DNA of 64,000 nucleotides from Felis catus (GCF_018350175.1 NC_058369.1:6882001-6946000), one strand, 5' to 3'; shown: positions 1 to 13,338, numbered from the stretch's first letter. Notes: generated by a model not told the origin, from the letters alone. Program-made: numbers and translations.

Positions 1-561
1 TTGTTCTGAGAGAGAGTATCTTGTCACTTATTATGGGCCATTTATTTTTCCTCTTCTGTGAAATATCTATTTATAGTATTTCTATTGAGCTACCTATTTT
101 TTCTTATTAGTTCATAGGAGTTTTTATTTAATTGAGATGGTAAATTGTTCTTAGTTACATACATTGAAAATTTCTTTCAAAAACTTTGTACTTTATTTTG
201 TAAATAAGTTGCAATGTGTTTTGGATGAACATAAATGCTTAGTTTTACTACTGTTGAATTTGTCAATGTTTTCTTGAGTGGTTTGTTCTCAATAGTCTTG
301 TTTCTATAACCCATACTTACCTCAAAATAAAGGATTTATAGCTTTGGCTTGTACATTTGAGGCATGAACCCACCTGGAGTTTGACCTTGACTGTGATGTG
401 ACATCGGTAGCTAAATTCATTTTATGTCCCTGTACCTTTTAATTAGTTCATTCATTCACTGTAATCCCACTTCTTCAATAAAAAAAGTTGCCCGTTCATA
501 TCTGGGCTCTTGCTTCTGATCACTTGTCTCTGTCAATGTCTTAATAATTGTCTCATAACAT

Positions 562-688
562 GGGGTGCCTGAGTGGCTGAGTCGGTTAATGTCCGACTCT
601 TGATCTCAGCTCAGGTCTTGATCTAGGTTGTGAGTTCCAGCCTCACTTTGGGCTTTGTGTTGGGCATGAAGCCTACTTTTAAAAAAAA
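562..688 (+). mobile_element. Short old CAN-SINE
   Basis: tRNA-derived head and A-tail; degenerate TSD. Confidence 0.8.
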
Positions 689-1210
689 TTGTATCCTAAC
701 AACTAAAATAAAATTTCTTGTCCCCAACAAATAAACAGTCCCCAAATCTTACGATTACATCCTCAGAGCCATATGGCATCACAGATTGACTGCTACTCTG
801 ATAATTTGTAATTTAGTGCAACAATATGGATAGCCAAGAACCATAATTTTAACCCATGGTCCTTGATGTGAAAAAAAAGGTGTATTTAAGCCATTAATAT
901 TGAATTGGGAAAAGTTGGTAATGAAATTTTATAAAGAGAACAAATGTCTGTTACACTTGAGTACATAGACTATATCAGCAACTGCTAAATATAATATACA
1001 CAGGTGAAATCAGCATCCAATGAGCCATACATAACATTAGCCCTTAGTGTTTCCATTTTTAGGGCACATTTCCTACATTATCACATGTATTAATCCAGGT
1101 AATATTTATCTATCCATGGAAGGAAATTACATGTTTTTAGCTCAAATGTAGTATGTGTAAGTCTTGTTGAGATTGTTATTAAAACAGGGTTGAATTTAAA
1201 TATACCTTTA

Positions 1211-1405
1211 GGGGTTCCTGGGTGGCTCAGTCAGTTAAGCATCTGATCTTTGTTTCAGTTCAGGTCATGATCTCATGATTTGTGAGACGGAGCCCTGTGT
1301 CAGGCTGTCCCCAGCATAGAGCCTGCTTGGGATTCTCTCTCCCTCTCTTTCTGCCCCTCCCCCACCTTTCAAAGTAAATAAATAAACATGAAAAAAACAA
1401 ATAAA
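1211..1405 (+). mobile_element. CAN-SINE
   Basis: Head, CT-rich tract, A-tail. Confidence 0.85.
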
Positions 1406-1564
1406 CAGACCTTTTAAAAAGACTAGAATCTAATAACAGAAGGAAGATGTGTTTGGGTGTGTAGGTGACTTGAAATGGATGTGAGCCAAGAACTGTGGAG
1501 GAAGAAGATAGCATATGTTTGACCACTCAGAGTGAGAGCATCAGACAAAACAGAGTTCATCTCT

Positions 1565-1865
1565 GAGCCTCAATCCTCCAGGATTTGTGCTGCCCTGTGA
1601 TCACATGAGAGTAAAAGAGTTTGGCTAATGAGGAGCTTTGGATATTGAACCCCCAAAGGAGAAAGAGAGTGCAAATAGTCTGCCTGTGACCACCCCACTC
1701 AACAGCCACACCCACCTGGGGCTAGTCTCAGGGTCCATTATTTCTGCACGGGAGTCCAGTGCTTCACTATCTTTCTGTGCTCAATGAGAACAGGGCTTTC
1801 GTTTTTCTTCTTCACACCCAAGGAAGAACTGAATGTTATTCCTTACTGTTGACACCCAGGTAATC
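1565..1865 (+). promoter_or_regulatory. OR promoter / 5' non-coding exon module A (for OR-1)
   Basis: TAATGA at 1626-1631 in ctaatgaggagctttggatattga, flanked by O/E-like sites; donor ccag|gtaat at 1860. Homologous to six other copies. Confidence 0.65.
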
Positions 1866-2469
1866 TCAAGTCCCCTACTTTATGTCTTACAATAAGGACA
1901 GTTCTTTGTTTACAGGTCCATTTGGCGATTTTGAGATGAGAACACGCAGAAGATGAGGAGAATTGGGCCACCTCTGAGGTGCCTCCCTAATGGTCCATCA
2001 ATATTCTCCTCCACCTGTTTGATTGCACCTTTGCACCAATGCTTGACCATCTCTCATCCTGCTAATCACCGACTCCGATCCTAAATTCCTGGCACTTTTT
2101 CCATTCTTAAGAGCAATCTACTTTTGCTCAATTTTGAATACAATTCTAGAATTCTCTAACATTTTTAAAAATTTCTTCAGCATAGTACAGAGATGTATGG
2201 CCAGCCTCTCCTTTTCTTTCTACTCCTGGCTCATGATACTCCTTTCTAGAAGAGATATTTGGTTTTGACACTGTTTCCTGGTTGTAAGTATTCTGAGAAA
2301 GAGGAGGTAGAGAATGAGGCAGATCCCAAAACTACACCACAGCCTACCTGTTTCTTTTTAGTAATCTATGAAATATTTAAAAGACAAAAGAGCATAGAAT
2401 AATAAAACAAATAAGCATGTACCCATGCTTCGAGATTTAGTAAGACTTGATTACTTTGCCACCAGAGTT

Positions 2470-3112
2470 CTTTTAAGTTTTTATTTAAATTCCAGTTAGT
2501 TAACATACAGTGTAATATTCGTTTCAGGTGTACAATTTAGTGATTCAACACTTTCATACCACACCTGGTGCTCATCACAAGGACACTCCTTTATCCCCAC
2601 CCCCTATTTCACTCACCACCACCCCCACCTCCCCTATTGTAACCATCAGTTTGTTCACCATCAGTTTGTTCACCATAGTTAAGAGTCTGTTTCTTATTCT
2701 CTCTTTTTCTCTTATTTTTTTTCCTTTGCCCATTTGTTTTGTTTCTTAAATTCCACATGAATAAAATCATATGGCATTTGTCTTTTTCTGACTGACTTAT
2801 TTCACTTAGCATAATACCCTCTAGTTCCATCCATGTTGTTGCAAGTGGCAAACTTCATTCTTTTTTTTATGTCTGAGTAAAATATTCCATTGTATGCATA
2901 TACACCACCTCTTCTTTCTCCATTCATCAATTGATGGATATTTGAGCTGCTTCCATATTTTGGCTATTGTAGATAATGCTGCTATAAACAAAAGGAGTGT
3001 GTGTTCCTTTGAATTAGTGTTATTGTATTCTTTGGGTAAATACCCAGTAGCTCCGTTGCTGTATCATACGGTAGTTCTATTTTAACTTTTTGAGGAACAT
3101 CCATACTATTTT
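2470..3112 (-). mobile_element. LINE-1 3' end (carnivore)
   Basis: Minus-strand PLATTWMELEGIMLSEISQSEKDK ORF2 C-terminus plus 3'UTR. Confidence 0.85.
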
Positions 3113-3129
3113 TCACACAGAGTTCTTTT

Positions 3130-3345
3130 CTTGAATAACAAAATAACATGGAACAAACTATTGTTTATCAGAGGGACGTGGCCGGGGGTTGGGGGCACTG
3201 TGTGAAATAGGTGAGGAAGATTAAGAGTACATTTATTGTGATGAGCACGGAGTAATGTGTAGAATTGTTGAATCACTAAATTGTACACCTGAAACTAATA
3301 CAACACTGTATGTTAACTATACTGGAATAAAAACAAAAAAAAACC
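3130..3345 (+). mobile_element. LINE-1 3'UTR fragment
   Basis: gatgagcac...gttgaatcacta...cctgaaactaata 3'UTR followed by an A-tail. Confidence 0.7.
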
Positions 3346-3640
3346 TTTAAAAGGTAACAAAATAATATAAATAAAGACAGCATATCCTTTCTGTTCCCCT
3401 CCATTCCCAGAGACAACCACAGTCTTGAATTTGGTTGTTCTCCCCATGTTATTTAAATTGTTTACACATTGTGTGTGTGTGTGGGGGTGTATAAAAGGCA
3501 ACAATAAAATGCTTCTCAGTTGGAAAAAAGTTAAATTGTGATGTAATAAGACATTAGACTAAAGTAAGATAGTTAAAGTTAATAAACCAGAGAAAAAAGT
3601 ACCAAGACCTTAAATGTATTATTTTTAAAAGCAAACTGTA

Positions 3641-3852
3641 GTGGTGCCGGGGTGGCTCAGTCGGTTGAGCATCTGACTCTTGATTTTGGCTGAGGTTGTG
3701 ATTTCAGGGTCATGGAACTGAGCCCCGCATCAGGCTCTGTGCTGAGCAGGGAGACTTCTTGGGGGTTCTTTCTCTCTCTCTCTCTCTCTCCCTCTCTGCC
3801 TCTCTCCCACTCATGCACATGTGCTCTCTTGCTCTAAAATAAAATTTTAAAA
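3641..3852 (+). mobile_element. CAN-SINE
   Basis: Head, (CT)n, A-tail. Confidence 0.85.
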
Positions 3853-3910
3853 ACTTCCTAAAAAATAAACAAAAATGAAACGCAATATGTCAGGTTTAAA
3901 ATGCAAAACA

Positions 3911-4135
3911 GGGGCCCCTGGGTGGCGCAGTCGGTTAAGCGTCCGACTTCAGCCAGGTCACGATCTCGCGGTCCGTGAGTTCGAGCCCCGCGTAGGGCTC
4001 TGGGCTGATGGCTCAGAGCCTGGAGCCTGTTTCCGATTCTGTGTCTCCCTCTCTCTCTGCCCCTCCCCCGTTCATGCTCTGTCTCTCTCTGTCCCAAAAA
4101 TAAATAAACGTTGAAAAAAAAATTTTTTTTTAAAA
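3911..4135 (+). mobile_element. Young CAN-SINE (SINEC_Fc type)
   Basis: tRNA-like head with A/B boxes, (CT)n, A-tail; TSD aaaatgcaaaaca. Confidence 0.92.
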
Positions 4136-5571
4136 ATAAAATGCAAAACAAAAGCTTATGTATTTTTATTCAAATATTAAAACCACAAGGGAATAATGAA
4201 TTCTAAGTTCAATATGGTGATTCCCTTGGGCAAGGAAAAGTTATTGAGGACATGGAAAAATAAATATGTATTAATTTAATTCTTAAAAATATTTACTAAA
4301 ATATGGCAATACATTTTAATTTAGTGGTCCTTAGTGGTGGATACCCAGGATTTTGTTTTCTCTATACTTTTTGTATACTTGAAATGTTTTATAATAAGAA
4401 ATTAAAGTTTTAAGATCAGTGTTATTTAAAACACTTAAATTGGATCATGATATAGGTCTTGTTAGGAAAATTACTTTCTCTTTGGAGTTTTTATTATTTG
4501 TGTTGATACATCTGGGTCTAATGTATTCATTTTATTTGCTATACATTTTATCATGTCTATGAGAAAGGAGCATTAACCATTGATGTCCATTCAGATTGTT
4601 CACCTCTGTTTCCCTACGTAAGCAATTACTCCACAAAGAGATTCAACACATCCATTTTTCCCTGAATTTTATGGTTGCCATGCTAAAGATATCCTTTGTT
4701 TCTCCTCTCTTCCTACACTTTGTCCCACCTATCACTTCCCTTTTATAATGAATCATGCCAAGTGGTACACTTGTGTCTGTGACAGAACCAAATCACAATA
4801 GGAAGTATTAAAAGTGGCTCATATATCAAACACTGTGCTTGGTGATTTGGTCTACTCATTACTAATTCTTGCAACATTCCCATAAGGTTTTACAGTGTCT
4901 CACATTATCCAAATGAGACCAAGTCTTCTCACACAGTTGAAAACACAAAATGCCCTTCTTTACAAAGCAAGTACTGGAGACAGAATTAAACTTAGATGTG
5001 TCTGAATTGAAATACTGATGGATGCTCTCGGTTGCTTGTTTTTATGACTCCATGCTAAGGGCTCATATTTTCTCATTGGTGAGACAGAGATTACCTAGGG
5101 CCATTCAGTTCTAAACATTAGTATGTTAATGGACTGTTCACAGAAGAAAACTTTTTAGACTTTTTCTAAAACTTTGGTTCATAAGAGTATCTAGCAGATC
5201 CATTGATGCACCCAGGACATAGCCAATTATGTCTTGTCTGTTTGAGGTAATCCAATAACATCATTCTCAGGAACTCACTGTAATACAGGAAATAGGAGTG
5301 TCATTGAGTTCTTCCTGATACATAAACTAAGGATTCCTTTGGAAATGACTGGCCAAGGCTGCCTGACCCAGACCTTGATGGGGCCTAAAAGGCATAGAAA
5401 GAGGATGATCTAAATTTCTATCATTGATTTTCAACATTTCTTTCCTTAAAATTATCTGTTTTACAATAGAGACAGAGTTGTCATTTTTCAAAAAGCAACG
5501 GAAAATCAATTAAACTGCTGAGTAGGAAGGGATTAATTTTTTCTATAAACTACCGTAAAAAGAGGGAATGT

Positions 5572-5826
5572 TTTCATTCTTATGTGGATCCTGAGAAACT
5601 TAACAGAAGACCATGGGGGAGGGGAAGAAAAAAAAAGAGGTTAGAGAGGGAGGGAGCCAAAACATAAGAGACTCTTAAAACTGAGAACAGACTGAGGGTT
5701 GATGGGGGGTGGGAGGGAGAGGAGGGTGGGTGATAGGTATTGAGGAGGGCACCTTTTGGGATGAGCACTGGGTGTTGTATGGAAACCAATTTGACAATAA
5801 ATTTCATATTTAAACAAAAAAAAAAG
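5572..5826 (+). mobile_element. Young felid-type LINE-1 3' end, 5'-truncated
   Basis: Near-identical to 9618-9865; A-tail; TSD-like aaaaagagggaa(a)tg on both sides. Confidence 0.85.
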
Positions 5827-6082
5827 AGGGAAATGAGGGGTGCCTGGGTGGTCCATAAACTACCACAAAAAGCGGAAAACGAAAGAAGGCACTGATCTCA
5901 AGAAGGTACCTTGGAAAGGAGAACAGTCAAAGTTGATTTAGAAGTAATTGCTTATTAATGAAGATAATGATCACACTTGTTATTCTAAAATTTGAATTTG
6001 TTTATAGTCTTTTCCCATTGTTTTGCATGTAAAAATGTGAGTGGCAATTAAGGAGTGTACATGTATTTATTTCATATGCTGT

Positions 6083-6083
<1 letters not shown>

Positions 6084-6113
<30 letters not shown>

Positions 6114-6119
6114 GTGTGT
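6084..6119. repeat. (GT)n microsatellite
   Basis: Direct observation. Confidence 0.95.
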
Positions 6120-6504
6120 CCCTGTCCCTGGTGGGGGAAGGTAAGTCATTCCTAAAACTAAGCTCCCATTTATATTGATTAAACTTTTTAAGTCCCACCA
6201 GCAAGGGGTTTGAGGTATCCAGATATACCTTTCTTGATTTCCTTTTCCCCTCTTAGGGCTAACTTGACAATCTGCTTCCTCTTCTCACTACTGCAGCAAT
6301 ACTCCTGTCAAACATCCTGAACATTAGTGCCCGTAGATTTTACCTTTCTCATCCCAGGATTCTGCTTTTAACATACTAACAGATTGTTGTTTTTGCTTTT
6401 TTTCTCTCTCTCTTTCAAGGCCCCTGTGCATTTCCTCCTTCATCCAATTCCTCAGTTTGGGGGAAAAAAAGAGATGTGTTATGTATCACCTTATAAGAAT
6501 GGGG

Positions 6505-6534
6505 TTTTTTTTAACATTTTTAACGTTTGTTTGT

Positions 6535-6569
<35 letters not shown>

Positions 6570-6981
6570 TTTTGAGAGACAGAAAGCACACAGGCAATGC
6601 AGGGGAGGCTCTGAGAGAGAGGGAAAGAGAATCCCAAGCAGGCTCTGCATTGTCAGAGCAGAGCCTGACTTGGAGCTCGATCCTGAAAACCATGAGATCA
6701 TGACCTGAGCTGAGATCAAGAGTTGGATATTTGGAGCGCCTGGGCAGCTCAGTTGGTTAGACGTCTGAGTCTTGATTTCAGCTCAGGTCACGATCTCACA
6801 GTTTGTGAATTTGAGCCCCACGTTGGGCTCTGCACTGACAGCAAGGAGCCTGCTTGGGATTCTCTTTCTCTCCTCTCTCTATCTGTCCCTCCGCTGCTCT
6901 CGCTCTCTCTTGCTCTCTCAAATAAACTTAAAAAAAAAAAAAAGAGTCAGACACTTAACTGAATGAGCCACCCAGGCACCC
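6505..6981 (-). mobile_element. CAN-SINE (-) with a second SINE (+, 6733-6942) nested inside
   Basis: (TTTA)n tail 6535-6570; the host SINE resumes after the inner SINE's A-tail with a degenerate aagagt TSD. Confidence 0.85.
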
Positions 6982-7250
6982 TGCGAGTGTTTAAATACTC
7001 TAATGTTAGGAGAAAAGTGAATCCTATTAAAATAATAACCATAACAGCTTAAAGCACCAGGAAAGCACTTGCAGTCTTATGCCGGTGGAAACTTCCAAAA
7101 GGCAAGCGATGAAGTCTGATCAATGCTTTAGGACACCTAAATCTGCACTAGTCAGAGATTGCATCACATGGTGTTATGAGTTCAGCTCCAAAGTCTGGAA
7201 GCCTGAGTTCAATTCGATTCATGTCCAGATTTTCTAAAATAAGGCATCAC

Positions 7251-7440
7251 TGGGGTGCCTGGGTGGTTCAGTCAGTTGAGCATCTGACTTCAGCTGAGGT
7301 CATGATCTCACATTTTGTGAGTTCAAGCCCCACAGCAGGCTCTCTGCTGTCAGCACAGAGCCTGCTTCAGATCCTCTGTCCTCCTGTCTCTTTGCTCCTT
7401 CCCCACTCGTTCTCTCTAAATAAACAAACTTTAAAATAAA
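7251..7440 (+). mobile_element. CAN-SINE just upstream of the OR-1 acceptor
   Basis: TSD taaaataa(g/a)gcatc. Confidence 0.85.
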
Positions 7441-7512
7441 GCATCCTTGTTATGTGTCCTCTCTGTTATGTGTTGTCTCACCTGTATTTTTCCCATCAGA
7501 CTTATCAAGAAC

Positions 7513-8430
7513 ATGGAACCAGAAAACCAAACAAGTGTAACAGAATTCCTCCTCCTGGGTCTCTCAGAAAATCCAGAATGGCAGCCTCTTCTCTTTGGGC
7601 TATTCCTGACCATGTATCTGACCACTGTGCTTGGGAACCTACTCATCATCCTGACTATCAGCTCTGACTCCCATCTCCATACACCCATGTACTTCTTCCT
7701 CTCCCACCTGGCCTTCACTGACATCTGTTTCAGCACCACCACCATCCCCAAGATGCTTGTGAACATCCAAAGACAGAGCAAATCTATCAGTTACACAGGC
7801 TGCCTCACCCAGGTCTGCTTCGTCCTGTTTTTTGCAGGCTTGGAAAACTTTCTCCTTGCAGCAATGGCTTATGACCGGTATGTGGCCATCTGCCATCCAC
7901 TGAGGTACACAGTCATCATGAACCCCCACCTCTGTGGCCTGCTGATTCTACTCTCCCTGAGCATCAGCATTGCAGATGCCCTACTCCACAGTCTGATGGT
8001 GCTGCGACTCTCCTTCTGCGCAGACCTGGGAATTGCTCATTTCTTCTGTGAACTTGCTCAGGTCATCAAGCTCGCCTGTTCTGATACCCTCATCAATAAC
8101 ATCCTGGTGTATTTAGTGACTAGCATTTTGGGTGGTATTCCTTTCCTTGGGATTATTTTCTCTTATACTCAAATTGTCTCTTCCATTCTGAGAATGCCAT
8201 CAGCTGGGGGGAAACATAAAGCCTTTTCCACCTGTGGGTCTCATCTCTCCGTGGTTTCCTTGTTCTATGGGACAGCTTTTGGGGTGTACATTAGTTCTGC
8301 AGTTACTCATTCTTCCAAGGATACTGCAGTAGCCTCCGTGATGTATACCGTGGTCCCTCAAATGTTGAACCCTTTTATCTATAGCCTGAGGAACAAGGAC
8401 ATGAAGGGAGCCTTGAGGAAACTGATCTGA
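7513..8430 (+). CDS. Olfactory receptor, OR7G subfamily (OR7G2-like), intact, 305 aa (OR-1)
   Basis: Single-exon ORF from ATG 7513 (MEPENQTS, N-glycosylation site). OR motifs [58 protein letters not shown]. Acceptor-like tcccatcAG 13 nt upstream of the ATG. Confidence 0.95.
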   Translation: MEPENQTSVTEFLLLGLSENPEWQPLLFGLFLTMYLTTVLGNLLIILTISSDSHLHTPMYFFLSHLAFTDICFSTTTIPKMLVNIQRQSKSISYTGCLTQVCFVLFFAGLENFLLAAMAYDRYVAICHPLRYTVIMNPHLCGLLILLSLSISIADALLHSLMVLRLSFCADLGIAHFFCELAQVIKLACSDTLINNILVYLVTSILGGIPFLGIIFSYTQIVSSILRMPSAGGKHKAFSTCGSHLSVVSLFYGTAFGVYISSAVTHSSKDTAVASVMYTVVPQMLNPFIYSLRNKDMKGALRKLI

Positions 8431-9243
8431 GAAACATCTCCTTTTTTATTATTGTGCTACCACCTGTCTTGGTCTTGGGCTTCTAGGGTGAGCCAAAGTG
8501 CAGGAATATTGGGAGAGTCAGATTGTCTGACCCTTTCTTCATTAAGTTCTTAAGTTTCAGTGGTTAAATACCATAAGAGTAGCTCAAGTTAGTTTGAAAA
8601 ACAACTTTTGTTTTCTTTAACTTTGGTATCTTTGAAAATTTATGCGGACACTCTGAGCTTGATTTTTTTTTTTTTTTTGGAACCATCAAAGCAGATGGTA
8701 ATAATTCCATTACATTCCATTGTATATCAAATCATTATGTGCACCTTAAACATATAATTTTAAAAGGAGGTAGAGAGAAAAGCATAGATTTCTTAGTCTC
8801 TCAGTGTGAGATAATCAGCCTATGTGAATTTAGGAAAGAGAAGGAATTTGGCAAATTAAGGTCTCCTTTCCTTTACCAATTATCCTGATAATCTTATATA
8901 ACAAGAACTCCAATGGTGCCAGCTTCCTGCTAACCAATTTGTTTAAATATTCTGAGTCCTACAAGCTAAAGGCTTTTGTTGAATTACACCATCCTTCCCC
9001 TGCAAAAGCACATTGTCATAAGTAAATTGTCCAATGCTTCTGTCCTCAATAAATCTTCACATGTGTGCAGGTTTCATTGGTTCTGCTTTTCAGTCTGTGC
9101 CAGAACCACACCATTTTAGTTACTGTATCTCCATAATTAATCTTGATAGACGTGAAAGCAATTATTCTACTTTGTTCTTCTCTCTCATCAAGTCAAGTAT
9201 TCTTTCTCCACTGCTCTTTCATATAAATTTTAAAATCAGTCCC

Positions 9244-9865
9244 TCAATGCAAACTGGTGCAGCCACTCTGGAAAACAGTGTGGAGGTTCCTCAGAAAATT
9301 AAAAATAGACCTACCCTATGACCCAGCAATAGCACTGCTAGGAATTTACCCAAGGGATACAGGAGTACTGATGCATAGGGGCACTTGGACCCCAATGTGT
9401 ATAGCAGCACTCTCAACAATAGCCAAATTATGGAAAGAGCCTAAATGTCCATCAACTGATGAATGGATAAAGAAATTGTGGTTTATATACACAATGGAGT
9501 ACTACGTGGCAATGAGAAAGAATGAAACATGGCCCTTTGTAGCAACGTGGATGGAACTGGAGAGTGTGATGCTAAGTGAAATAAGCCATACAGAGAAAGA
9601 CAGATACCATATGGTTTCACTCTTATGTGGATCCTGAGAAACTTAACAGAAACCCATGGGGGAGGGGAAGGAAAAAAAAAAGAGGCTAGAGTGGGAGAGA
9701 GCCAAAGCATAAGAGACTCTTAAAAACTGAGAACAAACTGAGGGTTGATGGGGGGTGGGAGGGAGAGGAGGGTGGGTGATGGGTATTGAGGAGGGCACCT
9801 TTTGGGATGAGCACTGGGTGTTGTATGGAAACCAATTTGACAATAAATTTCATATATTGAAAAAA

Positions 9866-9904
<39 letters not shown>

Positions 9905-9905
9905 A
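9244..9905 (+). mobile_element. Young felid-type LINE-1 3' end with (AAAT)n tail
   Basis: Open ORF2 C-terminus (LPYDPAIALLGIYP...WMELESVMLSEIS...LCGS*), 3'UTR and tail. Confidence 0.92.
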
Positions 9906-10272
9906 TCAGATTATCTGTATTTTTGCCATTCAGTTGTATCAGTTCCTTATATAGTGGGGATATCAACCCCTTATTGGATACGAGCTTTGCAGATTTTCTT
10001 GGATTCCATAAGTTGCCTTTTCATTTTGTTGATTGTTTCCTTTCCTGTGTAGAGTCTTTTAAGTCTGATATAGTCTGACATGTTTGTTTTTGCTTTGTTG
10101 CCTTTGCTTTTGGTGTCAAGTCCAAAAAATCATCATCAAGACCAACGTCAGTGAGATTATCCTCCACATTTTCTCCTAAGAGGTTTACAGTTTCAGATCT
10201 TCCGTGTAAGTTTTTGATCCATTCTGAATTGACTTTTGTGAGTGGTGTAAGATTGGGACCCAGTTTCATTCT
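9906..10272 (-). mobile_element. Older LINE-1 ORF2 fragment
   Basis: Minus-strand MKLGPNLTPLTKVNSEWIKNL ORF2-like translation. Confidence 0.75.
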
Positions 10273-10761
10273 TTAATCCTCATTACCCAGAAGAGTTAGT
10301 ATCCACTCACCTGTTTACATAAATCAGCAGAACTGCTTGGCTACAGCCCACCTACCAATTATGGTTTTTTTTGTTTGTTTATTTGTGGTACATGGGAAAC
10401 TTTATCATTTTTTGACCTCAGCTAAGTCTTTGTATTTCCCTATTATTCATGTGTTTCAAGTTCATTAGTGTTAATATGGGGAAGAGTGATATTACAAGGC
10501 CATCTTGTCATAACTTTATTTTCGAAAATTATATTTTAAAATATAAAGAAAATTCCTTTAGAGGGTGTTAAAATGTGAAATAAATTGGTGAATACATGAA
10601 AATACTGAAGTCCTTAAAGAAAAATATTTTTGAGTATTAACATGGAATATCATCTATACCTATTAAATCACAGATGAAATCTCTGGGTAATGGACAAATT
10701 GTACATTACCGCCTTTCAGTGAGGTTGTACTTGACCACAACACAATTAAAAATGAAGAACC

Positions 10762-10977
10762 AGAGGCCCCTGGGTGTCTCAGTCTGTTAAGCATCCAACT
10801 TTGGCTCAGGTCATGATCTCACAGTTTGTGGGTTCGACCCCCACATTGGGCTCTGTGCTGACAGCTCAGAGCCTGGAGCCTGCTTCGAATTCTGTGTCTC
10901 CTTCTCTCTCTCTGTCCCTCCCCTGCTCATGCTCTGTCTCTCTCTGTCTCTCAAAAATAAACAAACTTAAAAAAAAT
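10762..10977 (+). mobile_element. CAN-SINE
   Basis: TSD aaaaatgaagaacca. Confidence 0.88.
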
Positions 10978-11504
10978 GAAGAACCATAATTCAATCCAAA
11001 ATCTCCCAGTGTGAAGAATAATATACATTGAACCCATTTGTGGAATTGGAACCAGTGATTATGAAAGTTTAAAAGGAGAGGATGAAGCCTATCTACATTG
11101 ATCGCAGCTACAAGGATCACAAAGGATACATGAGAAGCTGCCATGTAAAATACGGAGAAAAGGAAAAAAGGTACAGGAAACATGCAGTGACTCTAGAGGT
11201 GAAATATGCCTAGGAGTTTGAATTTTACAATATCTTAACTATAATCACAAATATGGTATTTATACCCAGTACATAAACAATATTTGCACACTTAAAATTG
11301 GAATCAGGTTTCAATACATCATTAATCACATAGTGATGCCTCTCTTTGTAAAAAAAGAAACCTAAAATTCATTAGAAAATGATTCTGTGTATATGTGCAC
11401 AAGGTATTTCAAATGAGGGTGAGCATGAGCAGGTAGAGAAAATAGAGGGCATACACCTGGCCTAATAGGGTCAAGGATTAGCCATCATGCATTCCTCTAT
11501 TCTA

Positions 11505-11815
11505 TGGTCTTGGTCTTTAAGGATTTTCATAACCCAGGGATCAGAATGACATTAAAAGTATTGTCTAATGAGGAGCTTTGGATATTGATCCCCAGAGATA
11601 CAACACTGTAAAGTGCCAGCCTGTGACAGCTTCTTTCAACAGCCCTTGCCTACTCAGGAAGAAGCACACCTGAGGTTCCATCCAGGAATGATCTTTCTTG
11701 ACCACAATCCCATTGCCTTACTTGGTCTCTCTGCCTTTCCAGAAGACAGATCTTCAATCTTTGTATCTCAGTGACATGTCATACATCATTCCACATTGAT
11801 GCCATCCAGGTAAAT
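11505..11815 (+). promoter_or_regulatory. OR promoter / 5' exon module B (for OR-2)
   Basis: ACCCAGGGA 11532-11540, TAATGA 11566-11571, donor ccag|gtaaat at 11810. Confidence 0.65.
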
Positions 11816-12174
11816 GAAAGTCCCTTAGTTAATGCTTCTGTAAGGAGGACAGGTATTTTACTAGATTCATCCAGAAGAAGCAATGAGGGGTGTGCATGCA
11901 TGGAATGATGGGAACCGAGTGTCCAATGGCACTCCAGCTTGACTTCCTGTTGACTAGTTCCCATCTATCTTTGTACCAATCACTCACCCAATTCTCAATC
12001 TGCTGGTCTCCGAAACTCTCTTAAAAATGACAGAACAATAAAAAATAACTGAACCTGTTTCCCTCCTGAGTGGAAATCTACCCCCCTTTTTTTAATGTAA
12101 AAGGACATTTGACATGTGAAGCAAATCATGATATACTTTCAAGTGGATAAGTAAATTACAAAGCAGCATGGGTA

Positions 12175-12395
12175 GGGGTGTCTGGGTAGCTCAGTCGGTT
12201 AAGCGTCCTACTTCAGCTCAGGTCACGATCTCGCAATTTGTGAGCTCGAGCCCCGCGTCAGGCTCTGTGCTGACAACTCAGAGCCTGGAGCCTGCTTCAG
12301 ATTCTGTGTCTCCCCCTCTCTCTACCCCTTCCTTGCTCACGCTCTGTGTCTGTCTCTCAATAATAATTCATTGTTAAAAAAATTAAAAAAAAAAA
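12175..12395 (+). mobile_element. CAN-SINE
   Basis: TSD acaaagcagcatg. Confidence 0.88.
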
Positions 12396-12479
12396 ACAAA
12401 GCAGCATGTGTAATATTAATGTAAAGAAAAGTCACCTGTAGGTATAAGCTTACAAGTAACTTTTGTTGTCCTTTTGTGG

Positions 12480-13338
12480 TTTCTTTTTTTTTCAATTTCT
12501 TTTTTTTTTTAATTTTTATTAGATTTCTTGTTAACATATACTGTAATATTGGTTTTGGGAGTAGAATTTAGTGATTCATCACTTACACATAACACACAGT
12601 GTTCATCACAGCAAATGCCCTCCTTAATACCCATCACCTATTTATCCCATCTCCCCCACCACCACCTCCCCTCCAGCAACCCTCTGTTCTCAGCATGTGC
12701 CCCTTCAAATGAATATTTTTGTATCTTTTGGGTAAATACCTAGTAATGCAATTAGTGTGTTATAGGGTAGGTCTGTTTTTAACTTTCTGAGGAACCTCTA
12801 TACTGTTTTCCACAATGGCTGTACCAGTTTGCATTCCCACCAGCAATGTAAGAAGTTCCTCTTTCTCTACATCCCCACCAACACTTGTTTCCTGTGTTGT
12901 TGATTTTAGCCATTCTGACATGTATGAGGTGGTATCTCATTGTGGTTTTGATTTGTATTTACCTGATGAGCATCTTTTCATGTTTCTGTTAGCCATCTGG
13001 ATGTCTTCTTTGGGAAAATGTCTGTTCATGTCTTCTGCCCATTTCTTCACTGGATTATTTGTTTTTTGAGTTTAAGGTTGGTAAGTTCTTTTATAGATTT
13101 TGGATACTAACATTTTATCAGATGTGTCATTTGCAAATACCTTCTTCCATTCCATTGGCTACCTTTTAGTTTTGTTGATTGTTTCCTTTGCTGTGCAAGA
13201 AGCCTTTTATCTTGATAAAGTCCCAATAGTTCATTTTTGCTTTTGTTTCCCTTGCCTGCAGAGACGAGTCTAGTACGAAGTTGCCACCAAGGTCAAAGAG
13301 GTTGCTGCCTATGTTCTTCTCTAGGATTTTGATGGTTT
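12480..13338 (-). mobile_element. LINE-1 3' fragments
   Basis: T-tail, 3'UTR and ORF2 C-terminal region on the minus strand. Confidence 0.8.

Noticed and set aside
2642-2676. 15-bp tandem duplication (and a similar one at 16609-16642)
   Set aside because: Ordinary local duplication inside dead L1 sequence.
3911-3990. tRNA-like A/B boxes
   Set aside because: Heads of tRNA-derived SINEs, followed by (CT)n and A-tails; not tRNA genes.
3858-4151. Recurring short ORFs (GAPGWRSRLSVRLQPGHDL..., AQVMISQF...)
   Set aside because: Translations of CAN-SINE sequence.
7447-7512. N-terminal extensions of the OR ORFs in the track (also 27555-27596, 38680-38721, 46949-47038, 52459-52551)
   Set aside because: They cross the conserved polypyrimidine/ccatcAG acceptor, are not conserved as protein, and mostly use non-ATG starts; likely intronic.
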